64,000 nucleotides of DNA from contig NIVC01003947.1 of assembly GCA_002269645.1 (NCBI GenBank), forward strand, positions 4,300 through 68,299. Direction: 5' to 3'. The DNA is from Macrostomum lignano (lineage: Eukaryota). Below the pieces are notes generated by a model. That model had not been told where the DNA came from and searched no databases. It worked only from the letters and a program-made list of their open reading frames with translations. The translations under genes and the position numbers were made by a program. Of the stretch, positions 59,858 to 64,000 are shown one piece after another (within the stretch, counting starts at the first letter, position 1; the number at the start of each line of letters is the position of its first letter).

Positions 59858-60944
59858 ATGACTCGCAAGATCCTCATGCCCATGGATGGCGGGCAGCACA
59901 GTCACCGGGCGCTAAACTGGTACGTTCGCAATTTCAACGCGCGCGATGACGAGCTGGTGTTCGCCTTTGTTGCCGAGCCGCCGCGCTCTGCCATCGGTGA
60001 TGTCACATCTGCGGACAAAGTGTCTTCCAGCATGGCTGAGAACATTGCCAAGGCGAAGGCACTGGCGAACGATGCGTCGCAAAAGTGCGTGTTAATATCA
60101 ATAGCAAAGCGATTCTTTAGGAGGAATTCCTCTTAGAATCGCCCCATTTTTTTATTAGAGGCAGGGGGGTTGTGTGCACCCTGGCGCACTTTAAGCGACA
60201 TAGGCACACAACCGGCGAGAGGCATTACTGCCCATTCCGCCGACTCCCCTGAGCAGGCATACAAGCGCGCGGATACGTACGCAGGCACACACTCACACAG
60301 GAGTGTACAGCGGCCCTAACTTTATATTATCGTTAGGCATGTACACTTCACTGCGCCTTGGGGTGTTGGCTCTCAAGGCCGTTAATTGCACGAGCAGAGC
60401 CAAGCCGAGATTCCAATTCAGCCCCAAATTAATGTGACTGCACTTGGAATCGAGCCTGGGTCGCTGGCACACCAGAGCAGCTGCGCTACCGCTGGGCTAC
60501 GCCCCACTTCGCCCCATGGAATCGCCCCATAGAATCGCCTCAAATAATCGCCTCTTAAAATCGCCCCATAGAATTGACTCATAGAATCGCCTTTTAGAAT
60601 TGCCCCCCATAGAATCGCCCCACAGAATCGCCCAATAAAATCGCCCAATGAAAAGCCCCATAGAATCGCCTCTTAGAAATGGGCTCCTATCAAACCCAAC
60701 TCGCAGATGCACGGAGCTGGGCGTGAAGGCCCGCATCAGATTCCTGGAGCGAGTTGACCACAATGCCGGCCAGGCAATCGTAGACCTGGCCAACGAAGAG
60801 AACGCCGATGTCATCCTGATTGGCAATCGGGGCATTCGCGGCATCAAGAAGGCCTTCCTAGGCAGCGTTAGCGACTACGTGCTGCACCATTCGCACAGAA
60901 CCACCATCATTGTGCCGCCGCCGCCCAAGGACACTCATCATTGA
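59858..60944 (+). CDS. Universal stress protein, two exons join(59858-60084, 60707-60944), 154 aa
   Basis: RKILMPMDGGQHSHRAL; GT donor 60085 and CAG acceptor 60706 join as aa|a (Lys); ILIGNRGIRGIKKAFLGSVSDYVLHHSH. Confidence 0.9.
60147..60504 (-). mobile_element. tRNA-derived SINE inside the USP intron
   Basis: Minus strand GGGGCGTAGCCCAGCGG (A box) ... GGCTCGATTCC (B box); A-rich tail at 60147-60156; possible TSD TCGCCCCAT. Confidence 0.6.
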
Positions 60945-61124
60945 TCTGCCAAACTGGATTGCCTCATTCATTGGAGGAGTAATACTTTTTAAAAAACAGG
61001 AGCAGTCTTCCATTCCTTGTCGCGAGTTCTCATCCTTTTTGCGTACTTTTAACGTATGATGTCCTTTTACATTCCTAACATTTTCATTGGTTAGTTTTTT
61101 CTTTAAAATTGCAAATTCTTTTAG

Positions 61125-62768
61125 TTGTTTGATGGCCGATTCTATGGGGTGTTTAAGGGCCGATTCTGTTGGGTGTTTAAGGGCCGATTCTGTTGGGTGT
61201 TTAAGGGCCGATTCTGTGGGGTGTTTAAGGCCAATTCTGTGGGATGTTTAAGGGCCAATTCTGTTGGGTGTTTAAGGGCCGATTCTGTTGGGTGTTTAAG
61301 GGCCGATTCTGTGGGGTGTTTAAGGGCCAATTCTGTGGGTGTTTAAGGGCCGATTCTGTGGGGTGTTTAAGGGCCGATTCTGTGGGGTGTTTAAGGGCCA
61401 ATTCTGTGGGTGTTTAAGGGCCGATTCTGTGGGGTGTTTAAGGGCCAATTCTGTTGGGTGTTTAAGGGCCGATTCTGTGGGTGTTTAAGGGCCGATTCTG
61501 TGGGGTGTTTAAGGGCCGATTCTGTGGGGTGTTTAAGGGCCGATTCTGTGGGTGTTTAAGGGCCAATTCTGTGGGTGTTTAAGGGCCAATTCTGTTGGGT
61601 GTTTAAGGGCCGATTCTGTTGGGTGTTTAAGGGCCGATTCTGTGGGGTGTTTAAGGGCCGATTCTGTGGGGTGTTTAAGGCCGATTCTGTTGGGTGTTTA
61701 AGGGCCAATTCTGTTGGGTGTTTAAGGGCCAATTCTGTGCGGTGTTTAAGGGCCAATTCTGTGGGTGTTTAAGGGCCGATTCTGTGGGTGTTTAAGGACC
61801 AATTCTGTGCGGTGTTTAAGGGCCAATTCTGTGCGGTGTTTAAGGGCCAATTCTGTGGGGTGTTTAAGGACCAATTCTGTGCGGTGTTTAAGGGCCAATT
61901 CTGTGGGTGTTTAAGGGCCGATTCTGTGGGTGTTTAAGGGCCGATTCTGTGGGGTGTTTAAGGGCCGATTCTGTGGGTGTTTAAGGGCCGATTCTGTGGG
62001 GTGTTTAAGGGCCAATTCTGTGTGGTGTTTAAGGGCCAATTCTGTGTGGTGTTTAAGGGCCGATTCTGTGGGTGTTTAAGGGCAATTCTGTGGGATGTTT
62101 AAGGGCCAATTCTGTTGGGTGTTTAAGGGCCGATTCTGTTGGGTGTTTAAGGGCCGATTCTGTGGGGTGTTTAAGGGCCGATTCTGTTGGGTGTTTAAGG
62201 GCCGATTCTGTTGGGTGTTTAAGGGCCGATTCTGTGGGGTGTTTAAGGGCCAATTCTGTGGGTGTTTAAGGGCCGATTCTGTGGGGTGTTTAAGGGCCAA
62301 TTCTGTTGGGTGTTTAAGGGCCGATTCTGTGGGGTGTTTAAGGGCCGATTCTGTGGGGTGTTTAAGGGCCGATTCTGTGGGTGTTTAAGGGCCGATTCTG
62401 TGGGGTGTTTAAGGGCCAATTCTGTGGGGTGTTTAAGGGCCAATTCTGTTGGGTGTTTAAGGGCCGATTCTGTTGGGTGTTTAAGGGCCGATTCTGTGGG
62501 GTGTTTAAGGGCCGATTCTGTGGGGTGTTTAAGGGCCAATTCTGTGGGGTGTTTAAGGACCAATTCTGTGCGGTGTTTAAGGGCCAATTCTGTGGGTGTT
62601 TAAGGGCCGATTCTGTGGGTGTTTAAGGGCCGATTCTGTGGGGTGTTTAAGGGCCGATTCTGTGGGTGTTTAAGGGCCGATTCTGTGTGGTGTTTAAGGG
62701 CCAATTCTGTGTGGTGTTTAAGGGCCGATTCTGTGGGTGTTTAAGGGCCAATTCTGTGTGGTGTTTAA
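61125..62768 (-). repeat. 24-bp minisatellite, reverse orientation relative to 58060-58652
   Basis: (GTGTTTAAGGGCCGATTCTGTGGG)n. Confidence 0.96.
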
Positions 62769-63322
62769 GAGCAAGTGTTAGAGATGTTTTTATAGGTGGT
62801 GATTCCGGTCAGATATAAAGTACAGATCTGGAAATTATTCAGTGGCGATTTTCGATTGCTTAAAATCGATGTCAGTGAGCCTCTTCATATCGCCGGTTCG
62901 AAAAACGGAACCAGTTCCGAACCGGTTCGACGCTCTTCATATCGATGGTTCTGTTTTTCGAACAATGTTCGGAACCAGGTTCTGGTTCTGGAATATGGTT
63001 CGAGAAAATTTCTCGAACCGTTTATTCGTATCTATAGCAACGAGTAAATTTTCAATTTATTTTATTGTCGTCTTTAATAATTTTTGCTTTGTATTGCTTT
63101 TTAAGACAGTAGATTTATTTCTTTTTTTACCCAATCGTTAGTGACGTCTTAGTTTTTGGCTTACTACGTAGTCCGTATATAATAAGATAAGTATTAGTGG
63201 TTTTAGATCTTAGTTGCTAAACTATAGAATACATATTATCATTTTAGTCATTCCATTACTCATTTCAAAAAAGAATTGAATTGCGACATACTTAAGCATA
63301 TAGAGTTGTAATTATTCAACGA

Positions 63323-63662
63323 ATGGACTCTGCAACTGCTTTTATAGTTCAGCAATTGTTTTTTACTGAAGACAGTAGTGAAACTTCCATTCTTGTAGAC
63401 CAAGCTAATAGGGATAACGTCCTGGCAGCAACAGCAGCCCTTACAACTGTGATTGCTTCTTTAAATAACAAGACCGAGGAGAAGCGCCATAGGGTTAAAG
63501 TACCTGGTTTTGTCGTAAATACGGTGCCATTATTTACTATTGACGAGTTTAGAAGCCGATACCGACTCACGCGAAGTGCATTCGAATTTGTGCTGGGCGA
63601 GTTGATGAAATATGAGCTGCTGAACCAACATGAGGAACCAACGTCTTCAAAAGGAATACCAG
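63323..63662 (+). CDS. First exon of a PIF/Harbinger (HARBI1-like) transposase
   Basis: RVKVPGFVVNTVPLFTIDEFRSRYRLTRSAFEFVLGEL matches the Harbinger N-terminal pattern; AG|GTAAT donor at 63663; DDE domain not in the window. Confidence 0.6.
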
Positions 63663-64000
63663 GTAATAAGGCTCTTATTAATGCTCTACTTATTGCAAGT
63701 TGCAACTTTTGATTGTTTCTGTGTTCTGTAGAAAATCACTCATCAGTCCAAAAATATAAGTAAATGGCTAATGCCATAATATAGAAAAAAGAATTTTCTA
63801 AGTACATCATTCTACTGCTATATACTTTATGCTACTAATTGAAATAGTTCTAACTTTTTCTAAGTGCAACTTTAGGGGTCTAAAATATTTTTTCAACTTT
63901 TCTGGGTGGCAATACTGCTTTTTGATTTTTTTATTTTGGCACTTTGTATTTGATTTTGGAATCCTGTGTTTAAGAAAAAAAACATAAGTTGTCCCTTTTA

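Noticed and set aside
57997-62626. ESALKHP / LRADS / FKGRF repeat ORFs
   Set aside because: Products of the 24-bp minisatellite in all frames on both strands.
3397-62768. CRISPR-like appearance of the many short repeat arrays
   Set aside because: Units are head-to-tail with no unique spacers, no cas genes, and the context is eukaryotic.
62779-63030. GAACCGGTTC-rich stretch starting TAGAGATG, resembling a hAT MITE end
   Set aside because: No partner TIR or TSD identified.

Overview
Repeat-rich eukaryotic nuclear DNA, most likely from an invertebrate animal (inferred from short GT-AG introns, USP genes, minisatellites and eukaryotic transposons). (1) 1-22.8 kb: a tandem segmental-duplication mosaic carrying 2-3 paralogs of a multi-exon type I membrane-protein gene, several minisatellite arrays, a hAT MITE and a solo LTR. 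(2) 22855-41112: a near-complete 18.3-kb Polinton/Maverick (adintovirus-like endogenous virus). It has ~870-bp TIRs and encodes primase-helicase, pPolB, a fiber-like protein, adenain protease, penton, packaging ATPase, major capsid protein, pX/pVI-like proteins and integrase. (3) 41.1-56 kb: a decayed Gypsy pol, a foldback/MULE-type element with 9-bp TSD, a hAT-like element and a Chapaev-like transposon. (4) 57-64 kb: two universal stress protein genes among minisatellites, a tRNA-derived SINE and the start of a Harbinger transposase. The main discovery is inside the Polinton: an 891-nt group I (IC1-type) self-splicing intron (38181-39071, minus strand). It splits the Ca-binding loop of a parvovirus-type PLA2 domain that is fused in frame to the integrase, and it carries a looped-out PD-(D/E)xK restriction-enzyme-like ORF, a candidate homing endonuclease. 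All calls were made by eye; no database searches or folding programs were run.
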